From NCBI GenBank assembly GCA_965262115.1, contig OZ253496.1, positions 544,001-608,000 on the forward strand: 64,000 nucleotides of DNA. The letters are read 5' to 3'. Below the pieces are notes generated by a model. The model saw only the letters and a program-made list of their open reading frames with translations. It did no database searches and had not been told where the DNA came from. Position 1 is the stretch's first letter. The number at the start of each line of letters is the position of its first letter. The DNA is from Nitrospinales bacterium (GTDB lineage Bacteria; Nitrospinota; Nitrospinia; Nitrospinales; VA-1). Of this stretch, positions 1-9,626 are shown one piece after another. Both the position numbers and the translations under genes were made by a program.

Positions 1-2
1 GC

Positions 3-782
3 AGTGTTATTTTAGCTGGAGCATTATCCAAGATGGGAGCCTACGGATTGTTGCGTGTCTGCCTACCTCTTTTCCCTGAAGCTTCCATTTATTTTGCACC
101 ATTCATTTTATGGCTGTCGATTGCAGCCATTATTTACGGTGGACTCATGGCTTTAGCACAGACTGATCTTAAAAAGCTCGTGGCCTATTCTTCAGTTTCC
201 CACATGGGTTTTGTCACTCTCGGAATTTTTGTGTTCAATAGCCAAGGTATCCAGGGGGCCGTCTTGCAAATGTTTAATCACGGGATTATTACGGCAGCCT
301 TATTTATTGCTGTTGGACAATTGTACGACCGCACTCACAGTCGAGCGATTTCTGACTACGGCGGCTTGCATAAACCCATGCCCAGATTTGTTGCATTGTT
401 CTTTTTGTTTTCAGTCGCCGCCTTTGGGCTACCAGGCACCAGTAATTTCATTGGCGAATTTTTAGTCTTAGTAGGAACTTCTTATGTCAGCTTTGCCATG
501 GTTATTATCTCTATGGGCGGTATTGTTTTAGCTGCCGCATATATGTTGTGGATGCTCCAAAGGGTGGTGTTGGGAGAGCCATCGACAGAAGCCGCCAAAG
601 TGCTCCCAGATTTAGCGAATCGGGAATTGGCTACGCTGATTCCATTGGCTATCCTCGTATTGTGTATTGGATTGTATCCCGGACCATTGATGGAGATGAT
701 GGATGCGAGTGTAACTCACCTCATCCACCAAACAACAGGGCTGCAAGTTGATGAAATATCTCAACTTCCGCTTAGGCCCTAA
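3..782 (+). CDS. nuoM: NADH-quinone oxidoreductase subunit M (5' part lies before the window)
   Basis: Frame is open from base 3 (SVILAGALSKMGAYG). Motifs DLKKLVAYSSVSHMG, QMFNHG and GLPGTSNFIGEF are typical of NuoM. Confidence 0.9.
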   Translation, partial: SVILAGALSKMGAYGLLRVCLPLFPEASIYFAPFILWLSIAAIIYGGLMALAQTDLKKLVAYSSVSHMGFVTLGIFVFNSQGIQGAVLQMFNHGIITAALFIAVGQLYDRTHSRAISDYGGLHKPMPRFVALFFLFSVAAFGLPGTSNFIGEFLVLVGTSYVSFAMVIISMGGIVLAAAYMLWMLQRVVLGEPSTEAAKVLPDLANRELATLIPLAILVLCIGLYPGPLMEMMDASVTHLIHQTTGLQVDEISQLPLRP

Positions 783-824
783 ATAAATCTTTGTCCTTCC
801 CGTTTTAACTGGACATGAATATCA

Positions 825-853
825 TTGACAAACCCCTTATTTAATAATAGTGT
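825..853 (+). promoter_or_regulatory. Putative sigma70 promoter for the 1006 ORF
   Basis: TTGACA (825-830), 17-nt spacer, TAGTGT (848-853). SD GGAGG precedes the ATG at 1006. Confidence 0.5.
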
Positions 854-1005
854 GCCCGTTTCTTAATGGGGTTTGCCCAGTCCAAAAAAAAGCGATTGCC
901 CGTTATAAATCAGGCTCTCGACTTTTATCGATTAAATTATTCCGTAACCCCTGTTTAGGGAAACCCAGTTTCAATTTGCAAAATATTCATTGGAGGTTTG
1001 TTTAG

Positions 1006-1725
1006 ATGCCCAAATTAGAGATAGGTCCTATCGGTTTACTCCCCCCTTCTGCCGCAGCAATGGGTATTTTCTCGCCTGACAAAGATTCAGGATTGGACTT
1101 GGTTGAAGGAGAGCAGGTTCCAACTGACGAAGCTATCAAAAAAGCCGCGCGCGAAATATTGACTCGTCGCAACCCGACCCTTTTTCCCGGGCCAATGATT
1201 GTTTGGGGGTGGACTAAGGAAACCGTACATAAGGCAGAGTTGGCAATGGAGCTGGTCAATGAGGTCCCCGGTATGAACATAATTACCATGCCCGACTACC
1301 GGCCCATTTATCCTAAAATTGATCCCGAATGGGTGATCAACCCCTGCCATCCAAACCTGACCATTCAGCATAATAAAATTGAGACTTGCATCCTTATCGG
1401 AGTGCATTGTCATTTCGCAAATATAACTCTGAAAATGATCCGCGCAAATACCAATTGCTACACCATGGCATTTTGTCAGTACGATGGTCATGAAGATGCG
1501 CTTATCTCTTTAAGAGATGTGGCTGATGTTAAACTGCAAAAGGTGACGGAAGCAATTCGCCAGGCTAAAAAGGATGGTGTAGAACCTTGGGGCCTGACTA
1601 AGGCAGGGAAAGATGAACTGGAAGATATCGCCGCTCGAAAAGCGGCTGCAAAGGCTCCCGCAAAAGCAGACACCACTCTGTTTATGGGAGAATTGGAGCA
1701 GGGACTGGACGAAAACGCAGAGTGA
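1006..1725 (+). CDS. Delta-subunit-like protein of five-subunit 2-oxoacid:ferredoxin oxidoreductase (PorD/ForD; CO_dh beta family)
   Basis: Motif PDYRPIYPKIDPE..INPCHPNLTIQHNKIE.C..IGVHCHFAN is recognised from the Aquificota/Nitrospira/Nitrospina rTCA enzymes. Good SD. Confidence 0.7.
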   Translation: MPKLEIGPIGLLPPSAAAMGIFSPDKDSGLDLVEGEQVPTDEAIKKAAREILTRRNPTLFPGPMIVWGWTKETVHKAELAMELVNEVPGMNIITMPDYRPIYPKIDPEWVINPCHPNLTIQHNKIETCILIGVHCHFANITLKMIRANTNCYTMAFCQYDGHEDALISLRDVADVKLQKVTEAIRQAKKDGVEPWGLTKAGKDELEDIAARKAAAKAPAKADTTLFMGELEQGLDENAE

Positions 1726-1779
1726 GCACAGCTTTAAACTAAATAGTTTTACAACCTCAAAAAGTCCGCCTAAATCAAG

Positions 1780-1890
1780 TGGCGCAGTTGAGAAAAGCGT
1801 TTACAGGGTACGACTTTTGAAAGTAAAAGAGTCTGTGTAGAATATCTTGTGTCGGGAGACCAACTGTACATGCAAATGTCAACTGCCGCA
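1780..1890 (+). mobile_element. 111-bp MITE with IS481-family-like ends
   Basis: Left end TGGCGCAGTTGAGAAAAGCGTTTACA and right end GTGTAGAATATCTTGTGTCGGGAGACCAACTGTACATGCAAATGTCAACTGCCGCA align with the two ends of the IS481 remnant at 62248-62976. Confidence 0.75.
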
Positions 1891-2184
1891 TTGCTTTTGT
1901 CGTAGAAAGCAATTTTACAACAAACGGTGCGCCGCCATCTCAATCACCCTGTACACCAGAAATAACTATAACTCCTCACTCTTATTTTTCTCCGTCATAT
2001 CAAAAAACCTGATAATTACTGTCAAATTTGATTATAGCCCATTTAGAAAGAAAAATGAGGTAAATATGTTTATACAAGGCCTTTGAGCCAGAAATAGGCG
2101 AGTTCATTTAATTTGAATAACTTAAAACCACCCCCTCCGCTCAAAACTCTACCTACAATCAAACAAAAAAATCCTCCCTCCAGC

Positions 2185-2221
2185 TTGACATGACTGCTAG
2201 GGGGTCTTATTTAACTAGCAG
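2185..2221 (+). promoter_or_regulatory. Putative dnaK promoter with overlapping inverted repeat
   Basis: TTGACA at 2185-2190, weak -10, and a CTGCTAG...CTAGCAG inverted repeat. This is not a canonical CIRCE. Confidence 0.35.
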
Positions 2222-2296
2222 ATTTGCAAAGAGATATCACCCATTTACTCAACCCGGTAAATGGTATTTATAAAAACAAGGAAAGGATCAAAGCTC

Positions 2297-4210
2297 ATGG
2301 GAAAAATCGTAGGCATAGATTTGGGCACCACCAACTCCGTGGTCGCCGTTATGGAAGGAAGCGAACCTAAAGTTATCCTCAATGAGGAAGGAAGCCGGAC
2401 CACTCCTTCTGTAGTCGCATTCACGAAAGAAGGCGAGATACTGGTGGGGCAAGTGGCAAAAAGGCAGGCCATCGCTAACCCGGAAAACACGATTTTCTCC
2501 ATCAAACGATTCATGGGACGGGCTTTGAATGAAGTGTCGGAAGAAATGAAAATGGTTCCTTACGAAGTCATTCAAGGATCCAACAAGGAAGTTCGGATAA
2601 AAGCCGGCGACAAGTCTTACACCCCCCCCGAAATATCGGCCATGATTCTGCAAAAATTGAAGAAATCCGCAGAAGCCTATCTTGGCCAACCGGTCACCGA
2701 AGCTGTTATCACTGTACCGGCATACTTTAATGATGCCCAACGCCAGGCAACCAAAGATGCCGGAAAAATTGCGGGACTGGAAGTTAAACGGATTATCAAC
2801 GAGCCCACCGCCTCCGCGCTGGCTTATGGACTGGACAAGAAAAAAGACCACACCATTGCAGTTTATGACTTCGGTGGCGGTACTTTTGATATTTCAATCC
2901 TTGAAGTGGGCGACAATGTCGTCGAAGTTAAAGCCACAAACGGAGACACTCATTTGGGTGGCGACAATCTCGATCAGCGTGTCATCAACTGGCTGGTAGA
3001 CGAGTTTAAAAGGGAACAGGGCATTGATCTTTCCAAAGACAATATGGCTCTGCAAAGGCTTAAAGAAGCGGCTGAAAAAGCCAAAATGGAACTTTCAACC
3101 ACCAATGAAACCGACATCAACCTTCCCTTCATCACTGCGGACGCGGGAGGCCCCAAGCATCTCAACATCAAACTTTCCAGATCAAAATTTGAAAGCATGA
3201 TTGATGACCTAGTGGAAAAATCAAAGACTCCCTGTATCCAGGCATTAAAGGATGCCGGAGTGAAAGCAGATCAAGTTCATGAAGCGATTCTGGTCGGCGG
3301 ATCCACCCGGATCCCCAAAACACAGGAACTGGTTAAAACCCTTTTTGGCAAGGAACCTCATCGCGGTGTTAATCCGGACGAAGTCGTCGCACTGGGTGCG
3401 GCAGTTCAGGCAGGTGTCCTTTCCGGAGACGTGAAAGATATCCTTCTTCTTGATGTCACTCCACTTTCTCTTGGAATTGAAACGCTGGGCGGGGTTACCA
3501 CCAAACTTATTGAACGTAACACCACCATCCCCACTCGCAAGGCGGAGACCTTTTCGACGGCCGCAGACAACCAGCCTGCGGTAGAAATCAATGTCATCCA
3601 GGGTGAGCGCGAAATGGCAAATGATAACCGGTCTATCGGAAAATTCCATCTGGACGGAATTCCACCCGCACCCCGGGGCATGCCGCAAATTGAAGTGACC
3701 TTTGACATTGATGCCAATGGCATTTTACATGTAGGCGCTAAAGATAAGGGTACCGGCAAAGAACAAAAAATCACCATCACCGACTCAACCGGGTTGAAAG
3801 AAGACGAGATCGAGCAAATGGTCAAAGATGCTGAAGCCAATGCAGAAGTGGATAAGGAAAGACGAGAGAAAATTGATGTAAAAAACCAGCTTGATTCCGT
3901 CATTTACAGCACAGAAAAAACCATTAAGGAAAATAAAGAGAAGCTCAAAGAGGAAGATATCAAAGAAGCTGAGGAAGCTATAGAAGAAGCCAAGAAACAC
4001 CTTGAAGGCGAAGTACCGGCTATGAAAGAGCAGCTGGAAAAAGTTAATGAGGTGGCCCACAAACTGGCTCAATCCATGTATTCCCAATCCCAGGAACAGC
4101 AAGACAGCGACACACCCCCCGAGGGTGACGCGGATGCAGGCTCTGACAGCGAAAGCAAGTCGGACGATGACGTTGTCGATGCCGAGTTTGAGGATGTCGG
4201 GAAAAAATAA
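2297..4210 (+). CDS. dnaK: Chaperone DnaK (Hsp70)
   Basis: [25 protein letters not shown] motifs. ATG at 2297 follows an AAGGA SD. Confidence 0.98.
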   Translation: MGKIVGIDLGTTNSVVAVMEGSEPKVILNEEGSRTTPSVVAFTKEGEILVGQVAKRQAIANPENTIFSIKRFMGRALNEVSEEMKMVPYEVIQGSNKEVRIKAGDKSYTPPEISAMILQKLKKSAEAYLGQPVTEAVITVPAYFNDAQRQATKDAGKIAGLEVKRIINEPTASALAYGLDKKKDHTIAVYDFGGGTFDISILEVGDNVVEVKATNGDTHLGGDNLDQRVINWLVDEFKREQGIDLSKDNMALQRLKEAAEKAKMELSTTNETDINLPFITADAGGPKHLNIKLSRSKFESMIDDLVEKSKTPCIQALKDAGVKADQVHEAILVGGSTRIPKTQELVKTLFGKEPHRGVNPDEVVALGAAVQAGVLSGDVKDILLLDVTPLSLGIETLGGVTTKLIERNTTIPTRKAETFSTAADNQPAVEINVIQGEREMANDNRSIGKFHLDGIPPAPRGMPQIEVTFDIDANGILHVGAKDKGTGKEQKITITDSTGLKEDEIEQMVKDAEANAEVDKERREKIDVKNQLDSVIYSTEKTIKENKEKLKEEDIKEAEEAIEEAKKHLEGEVPAMKEQLEKVNEVAHKLAQSMYSQSQEQQDSDTPPEGDADAGSDSESKSDDDVVDAEFEDVGKK

Positions 4211-4224
4211 TAGTACCCAATCAT

Positions 4225-4249
4225 GTGCCTCCGAGTTCTTCGGGGGCAC
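4225..4249 (+). repeat. GC-rich intergenic hairpin between dnaK and grpE
   Basis: GTGCCTCCGA-GTTCT-TCGGGGGCAC; no clear U-tract. Confidence 0.55.
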
Positions 4250-4281
4250 GACTCTATTTCCTAACAAACACGAACAACTCC

Positions 4282-4887
4282 ATGGCCAAAAAAAAATCAG
4301 ATGCTGAACCCAAAGACGAACCCGTCATTAATATTGTTGACCGAAGATCTTCCCTTCTTGACGAAGAAACAGGTGACGAAGCGAGCGCGAACATTGACGA
4401 ACGCCTGCCCACCTATGTAGAACAACTCAAGCAGGAGGCAGAAGAAAAAGATAAACGCCTGCGCGAATACATTGCTGCCTACAAAGAAAAATCCGGGGAA
4501 AATGATGACTTTCGCAAGCGCCTGGAAAAAGATAACGACATTCGCCTGGATCAGTTCAAGGCCAATCTATTCGCACGCTTGATCCCGATTCTTGACAATT
4601 TGAACCGGGCCATTCAAACCACCGGTTCCAACAAGGAGGCCCTTCAGCAAGGCGTTGAATTGGTTGCCAAACAATACGCCCGAGAAATGAAGAACAACGG
4701 AGTGGAAAAAATCGACACTCAGAACAGAAAATTTAATCCTAACACTGACGAGGTCGTCATGGCGGAAGACACCACAGACCCGGAAAAGGATAATATGATT
4801 ATTGAAGAGCTGGAACCGGGCTATGTTTTTAAGGAAAAGTTGATCAAGGCCGCCAAAGTCAAAGTGGCCCATTTAAAAACCCCTTAG
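4282..4887 (+). CDS. grpE: Nucleotide exchange factor GrpE
   Basis: Coiled-coil N-terminus, LIPILDNLNRA and PGY..KEKLIKAAKVKV; lies between dnaK and dnaJ. Confidence 0.9.
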   Translation: MAKKKSDAEPKDEPVINIVDRRSSLLDEETGDEASANIDERLPTYVEQLKQEAEEKDKRLREYIAAYKEKSGENDDFRKRLEKDNDIRLDQFKANLFARLIPILDNLNRAIQTTGSNKEALQQGVELVAKQYAREMKNNGVEKIDTQNRKFNPNTDEVVMAEDTTDPEKDNMIIEELEPGYVFKEKLIKAAKVKVAHLKTP

Positions 4888-4902
4888 AAGGGGAGGCAAC
4901 TG

Positions 4903-4976
4903 GGCAAGGACTCATCAAGCCGAGCTATCACTTTGCTAGCAAATAAAGCGATTGCTAGCTGGCTCCACGCCTAGTG
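4903..4976 (+). repeat. Degenerate ~75-85 bp intergenic repeat, copy 1
   Basis: Aligns without gaps to 15571-15644 (49/74 identical by hand count). Confidence 0.6.
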
Positions 4977-5000
4977 ATTCTTTCTGGAAAATAACGACTC

Positions 5001-6089
5001 ATGAGCCAACGTGATTATTATGAAGTACTCGGCGTTTCTACAAGCGCCAATGAAAGCGAACTAAAAAAAGCCTACCGGCAACAAGCCCTCAAATACCATC
5101 CCGACAAAAACCCGGGCGATAAACAGGCAGAAGATAAGTTTAAGGAAGCTTCCGAGGCTTACGATATCCTGAAAGACCCGGAAAAAAGGCAAGTCTATGA
5201 CCAGTTCGGCCACGAAGGCCTTAAGGGTCGAGGCTTTGGCGGATTCAGCGGATTCGATGACATCTTCTCCCAGTTCGGAGATATTTTTGGTGATTTTTTT
5301 GGCGGAGGTGGCGGACAGGGAACCGGCTCGGACCTGCGCCTCGATATCTCCATCACCTTTCAGGAAGCAGTTTTTGGTACCGAAAAAGAAGTTGAAGTTA
5401 GCAAGCATAACCCTTGCGGAACCTGCAGAGGTTCTGGAGCAAAACCCGGTCACAGTCCCCAACCCTGCCGGACCTGTAGAGGGACCGGCCAGGTCATCCG
5501 TGCGCAAGGATTTTTTAGCGTCCAGTCTACCTGTCCCGATTGCCGGGGTGCAGGACAAACCATTACCCATCCCTGCACCGAATGCCATGGAGATGGGCGG
5601 GTACTTAAAAATAAAAAACTTTCCATCAATATTCCAGCAGGTGTCGACGATGGCTCCCGTCTTCGATTAAGAGAGGAGGGAGAACCGGGACCCCAAGGCC
5701 TTCCGTCCGGAGACCTTTATGTCATCATGCATGTCGCCGCACATGAGTCTTTTCATCGAGAAGGCCACGATATCCATTGCAGGTTGAAGCTGACATTTTC
5801 TCAGGCCGCTCTGGGATCTGATATCGAGGTTCCCCTTCTCGATGAAGGGAAGTCCCAGATTATATCTGTTCCTGCCGGTGTGCAAACGAATGAAAGCTAT
5901 CGAATTCCTGGTGCCGGGGTTCCACAATTACGCGGACACGGCAGAGGTGACCTGATGATTCATTTCATTGTAGAAACACCCAAAGGCCTGAACAAGAGAC
6001 AGAAGGAGCTGTTCAGGGAACTGTCCGAAATAGACGGCAGCCCCGTCAAAGAAACGTTAAAAGGATTTTTCCAAAAACTAAGAATGTAG
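5001..6089 (+). CDS. dnaJ: Chaperone DnaJ
   Basis: J domain with HPD, G/F-rich region, four CxxCxGxG repeats. Confidence 0.97.
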   Translation: MSQRDYYEVLGVSTSANESELKKAYRQQALKYHPDKNPGDKQAEDKFKEASEAYDILKDPEKRQVYDQFGHEGLKGRGFGGFSGFDDIFSQFGDIFGDFFGGGGGQGTGSDLRLDISITFQEAVFGTEKEVEVSKHNPCGTCRGSGAKPGHSPQPCRTCRGTGQVIRAQGFFSVQSTCPDCRGAGQTITHPCTECHGDGRVLKNKKLSINIPAGVDDGSRLRLREEGEPGPQGLPSGDLYVIMHVAAHESFHREGHDIHCRLKLTFSQAALGSDIEVPLLDEGKSQIISVPAGVQTNESYRIPGAGVPQLRGHGRGDLMIHFIVETPKGLNKRQKELFRELSEIDGSPVKETLKGFFQKLRM

Positions 6090-6220
6090 TCTTTTCATCC
6101 CGATTTGTTTCCAAATTTCATCGGCACTTAAAATACTCTGCACCCGGTAGAGTTCACCACCCTCTTCTAAATGAGGCCTTTGCATAAGTCAAAAAAGCAG
6201 AAAAGCGAGATGCTTCGACA

Positions 6221-6259
6221 TACCCCTCCGGGGCAAGAAAGCAATGGTTAAATATCACT
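6221..6259 (-). mobile_element. 39-bp mini-element, copy A
   Basis: AGTGATATTTAACCATTGCTTTCTTGCCCCGGAGGGGTA. Removal restores ATGCTTCGACA-AGCTCAGCATGACA. Confidence 0.75.
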
Positions 6260-6316
6260 AGCTCAGCATGACAAGAAAAAGTACTTTTGTCATTCTGAGG
6301 AGCAACATGAGGAAGA

Positions 6317-6355
6317 CGTGATATTTTTCCTTAGCCTTCGTGCCCCAACGGGGTA
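6317..6355 (+). mobile_element. 39-bp mini-element, copy B
   Basis: CGTGATATTTTTCCTTAGCCTTCGTGCCCCAACGGGGTA. Removal restores TGTCATTCTGAGGAGC...GAAGA-ATCC. Confidence 0.75.
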
Positions 6356-6529
6356 ATCCAAGGTTATGCAAAGCTCTCCTTTTAAATTAAACAAATCTCA
6401 TTAAGTATTTTTAATTTCGAATTAATGGGCCTTTAACTTTCAGGTTTTATTATTATCCCAACAGCATTAATTATCAAAACCCGTGTTGTCACGGTTTCAA
6501 AAATTCAATCGAGTTGGAGGATTTCCATC

Positions 6530-7672
6530 ATGACTCAAAAATTAAAGTTCCCAATCGCCATTGTCCTGTTCACTCTGATGGTCCTTCCCCTTTCTTATGG
6601 AATGGGGACTCCGGTTTTTTCCACTGCCGATTCCGCATTTGGCCTTAGCACCAAAGCCAATCCTGTAGGCACTAACTTGATTGTGGAAATCGCAAAAAAG
6701 AAGAATCCTGCTGTCGTATTCGTCACATCCAAAACTAAAATTCAACCGGCAAAAGGAAATGGACCCTTCGGACAGTTCTCTCCGCCATCCAGAGGCAGAC
6801 CTTTTACACCTCCACCCGCACCGGGGAACGGCACCGGAACGGGATTTATCATTGACCATGAAGGGCATATTCTGACCAATAACCATGTTGTGGAAGGTGC
6901 CGACATCATAAAAGTGACCCTGCAAAACGAAAAGGAATATGAAGCCCGGCTTGTCGGATCAGACCCCAAGACCGACATTGCACTGATAAAAATCATCCAG
7001 AAAAAGGGAGAACATACATCATTTCCATTTTTGACCATGGGCGATTCAAAACAATTGGAAGTGGGAGAATGGGTGGTCGCTATTGGCAACCCGTTCGGCC
7101 TGTCCCATACCGTGACCACAGGCGTGGTCAGCGCTAAGGGTAGAAACATTGGTGCCGGTCCCTATGATGAGTTCATCCAGACGGATGCTTCGATCAATCC
7201 CGGCAACAGCGGTGGGCCGTTACTGAACATGAACGGAGATGTCATAGGCATCAACACTGCGATTTTTTCCGGCAGTGGCGGAAACGTGGGCATTGGTTTT
7301 GCCCTGCCTATCAATATGGCCAAAGGCATTCTTGACGATTTGAAACAGAAAGGCAAAGTCACGCGCGGCTGGTTGGGTGTCATGATTCAGAGAATCACGC
7401 CTGAGTTGCAAGAATCTTTCAAGCTCAAAAATCCAATGGGCACTCTGGTCAATGATATCGTTCCCAACGGCCCTGCCGATCGCGGTGGCATGAAGCGCGG
7501 CGATGTCATCACCCGGTTTGACGGCGTTGAAATCGCCTCGATGGAAACACTGCCGAAGCAGGTCGCATCAATCACACCGGGAAAATCCGTGAAGGTCGAA
7601 GTGATCCGCGAAGGCCAGGCAAAGACGCTTGAAATAAAGATTGAACCAATGAAGGAAGAAAAGCCAGCTTGA
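6530..7672 (+). CDS. Do/DegP-HtrA family periplasmic serine protease with one PDZ domain
   Basis: Signal peptide, ILTNNHVV, DIALIK, IQTDASINPGNSGGPL, C-terminal PDZ. Confidence 0.93.
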   Translation: MTQKLKFPIAIVLFTLMVLPLSYGMGTPVFSTADSAFGLSTKANPVGTNLIVEIAKKKNPAVVFVTSKTKIQPAKGNGPFGQFSPPSRGRPFTPPPAPGNGTGTGFIIDHEGHILTNNHVVEGADIIKVTLQNEKEYEARLVGSDPKTDIALIKIIQKKGEHTSFPFLTMGDSKQLEVGEWVVAIGNPFGLSHTVTTGVVSAKGRNIGAGPYDEFIQTDASINPGNSGGPLLNMNGDVIGINTAIFSGSGGNVGIGFALPINMAKGILDDLKQKGKVTRGWLGVMIQRITPELQESFKLKNPMGTLVNDIVPNGPADRGGMKRGDVITRFDGVEIASMETLPKQVASITPGKSVKVEVIREGQAKTLEIKIEPMKEEKPA

Positions 7673-7700
7673 TCCCCTGGCCTGCAAGGGCCAACCTCCG

Positions 7701-7747
7701 GAAGGGGGACTGTTTTGTCAAGGGCAGTCCCCTTTCTAACTTTTTTC
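7701..7747 (+). terminator. Intrinsic terminator after the protease gene
   Basis: GAAGGGGGACTG...CAGTCCCCTTTC stem followed by a T-rich tract. Confidence 0.7.
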
Positions 7748-7942
7748 AAAATAAATTATTTCAGGAACTCGCTGTGGGGAAGCTGAGTTTTGTCTTTCAA
7801 AGATTAAATTAAAAATTCAAACCGATGGGGTGGTGTCCGTCACCTTTCTTTCCCTTTAGGTTCTATGCCTTTGACAACTGGAGGCAATGAAGCCTTAAGG
7901 GTGGCAAGCCTATCTTGCCAATTTTAGAGATGGAGGTGTGCT

Positions 7943-8047
7943 ATGGGCTGTAAACAAGTCAAACGCACCGTTCGGACTACAAGGAAACCTGGACCAAAAA
8001 CTGTTCCGGTTAAACCGCATACTCGGTCAAAACCAAAGCAGTGCTAG
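7943..8047 (+). CDS. Unannotated 34-aa highly basic small protein
   Basis: GGAGGTG SD just upstream of the ATG. Reads MGCKQVKRTVRTTRKPGPKTVPVKPHTRSKPKQC-TAG. Confidence 0.6.
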   Translation: MGCKQVKRTVRTTRKPGPKTVPVKPHTRSKPKQC

Positions 8048-8110
8048 GCTAAAAAAGTAGAACCTGAACACCGACGGTCATCATCCCTTTATATTATTTA
8101 GAGAAAGATT

Positions 8111-9598
8111 TTACTTTAGAAATTCACTGTGAGGAAGTTGTGTCTCCCCCATAAGGTGAAGGTCTACTGATCTCGCGGCTTCACGGCCTTCAGCAATGGC
8201 CCAGACCACCAGCGACTGCCCCCGGGTCATATCCCCTGCGACAAAAACTCCATCCACGCTGGTCATTTTATTATCATCACAGGCTACGTTTCCACGCCCG
8301 TCCAGATCCATCCCCAGTTCTACCAGCATGCCTTCATGAATGGGATGAACAAAGCCCATGGCCAGCAGAACCAGCTCGACTTCCAATTCAAACTCAGATC
8401 CAGGTACTTCCCGCATTTGCGGACGGCCCGTTTTAGGATCGGGATCGCCAAATTCTATCTTTACACCATGAATTTTGGAAACCTTGCCGTCCTCGCCGGA
8501 AAACTTTTTAGTCGATACACAAAATTCCGTAATCTTTTTTTTTCCTTCACGCTCATTCGCTTCTGCATGGGAAGAAGAAACCCGAAATATTTTTGGCCAT
8601 TGTGGCCAAGGGTTGTTATCCGTTCTTTCCTGAGGAGGCTCGGGTAAAAGTTCAAACTGATAGACGTTTTTTGCGCCTTGCCTGAGTGAGGTTCCCAGGC
8701 AATCCGAACCGGTATCCCCACCACCGATGATCAAAATATTTTTATCTTTGGCCGTAATAGAAATTTCTTCAGGGATGGTATCTCCCTCATTACGTTTATT
8801 CTGTTGCGGGAGAAAGTCCATGGCAAAATGAATACCATCAAGATCGCGTCCTTCCACAGGAATATCGCGAGGTTTCTGCGAACCGCCGCAAAGAACCACC
8901 GCGTCAAACTCATTTTTTAATTCGTTGGCCGATTTATTGACCCCTACATTGATACCGGTCTTAAAAATTACACCGGATTCTTCCATCACCTTTATGCGGC
9001 GTTTAACAATTTTCTTATCCAGTTTAAAGTTAGGGATGCCATACATCAGCAGTCCGCCGACACGATCATCTTTTTCAAAAACGGTGACCTCATGGCCCAC
9101 CCCATTAAGCTGATCGGCACAAGCCAGCCCTGCGGGCCCCGACCCCACTACCGCTATTTTTTTTCCTGTCCGGGACTCGGGTTTGCGGGGCTTGATAAAC
9201 CCCATCTCAAACCCCTTTTCCGCAATCATCTCCTCGATTTTACAAATCGTAACCGCCGGTTCAGTGATACCCAGCACACAGGCCCCCTCGCAGGGAGCCG
9301 GACAAACACGCCCGGTGAATTCGGGGAAGTTATTGGTCTTCTGCATCAGTTCCACCGCCTCCCGGTACCGGCCTCGATATACCATATCGTTCCAGTCGGG
9401 AATCAAGTTTCCCAGCGGACACCCGGCTTCACTCTGGCAGAACGGAACTCCACAGTCCATACAGCGAGCTCCCTGCTCTTTATATTTTTCTTCCGGAAAA
9501 GGAGCGTAACACTCCTGCTGATCCTTGAGCCTTTCCTCAACCGGCCGGCCTGACGGTGTCTCCCGCTCATATTCCATGAATCCTTTTATCGCACCCAT
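8111..9598 (-). CDS. gltD: Glutamate synthase small subunit
   Basis: RCMDCGVPFC, NNFPEFTGRVCPAPCE, GSGPAGL, GQSLVVWAI. Confidence 0.97.
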   Translation of the reverse strand: MGAIKGFMEYERETPSGRPVEERLKDQQECYAPFPEEKYKEQGARCMDCGVPFCQSEAGCPLGNLIPDWNDMVYRGRYREAVELMQKTNNFPEFTGRVCPAPCEGACVLGITEPAVTICKIEEMIAEKGFEMGFIKPRKPESRTGKKIAVVGSGPAGLACADQLNGVGHEVTVFEKDDRVGGLLMYGIPNFKLDKKIVKRRIKVMEESGVIFKTGINVGVNKSANELKNEFDAVVLCGGSQKPRDIPVEGRDLDGIHFAMDFLPQQNKRNEGDTIPEEISITAKDKNILIIGGGDTGSDCLGTSLRQGAKNVYQFELLPEPPQERTDNNPWPQWPKIFRVSSSHAEANEREGKKKITEFCVSTKKFSGEDGKVSKIHGVKIEFGDPDPKTGRPQMREVPGSEFELEVELVLLAMGFVHPIHEGMLVELGMDLDGRGNVACDDNKMTSVDGVFVAGDMTRGQSLVVWAIAEGREAARSVDLHLMGETQLPHSEFLK

Positions 9599-9626
9599 TT
9601 ACGCGTTCTATATCCTTTCATTGCCT

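Larger units (their letters stand above)
6173..6378. mobile_element. MITE-like composite with terminal IRs enclosing two REP-like palindromes, each interrupted by a mini-element
   Basis: GAGGCCTTTGCATAA (6173-6187) and TTATGCAAAGCTCTC (6364-6378) form a 13/15 inverted repeat. Confidence 0.65.

Noticed and set aside
1891..2150. Gene in the AT-rich stretch upstream of dnaK (ORF 1847-2086)
   Set aside because: The ORF begins inside the MITE, has no SD and no recognisable domain.
2174..2240. CIRCE operator upstream of dnaK
   Set aside because: The half-site-like GACTGCTAG and CTAGCAGAT are in the wrong order and spacing for TTAGCACTC-N9-GAGTGCTAA.
7902..7920. Sigma54 promoter TGGCAAG...TTGC before the small ORF
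   Set aside because: GG-to-GC spacing is 12 rather than the required 10; treated as a plain palindrome.
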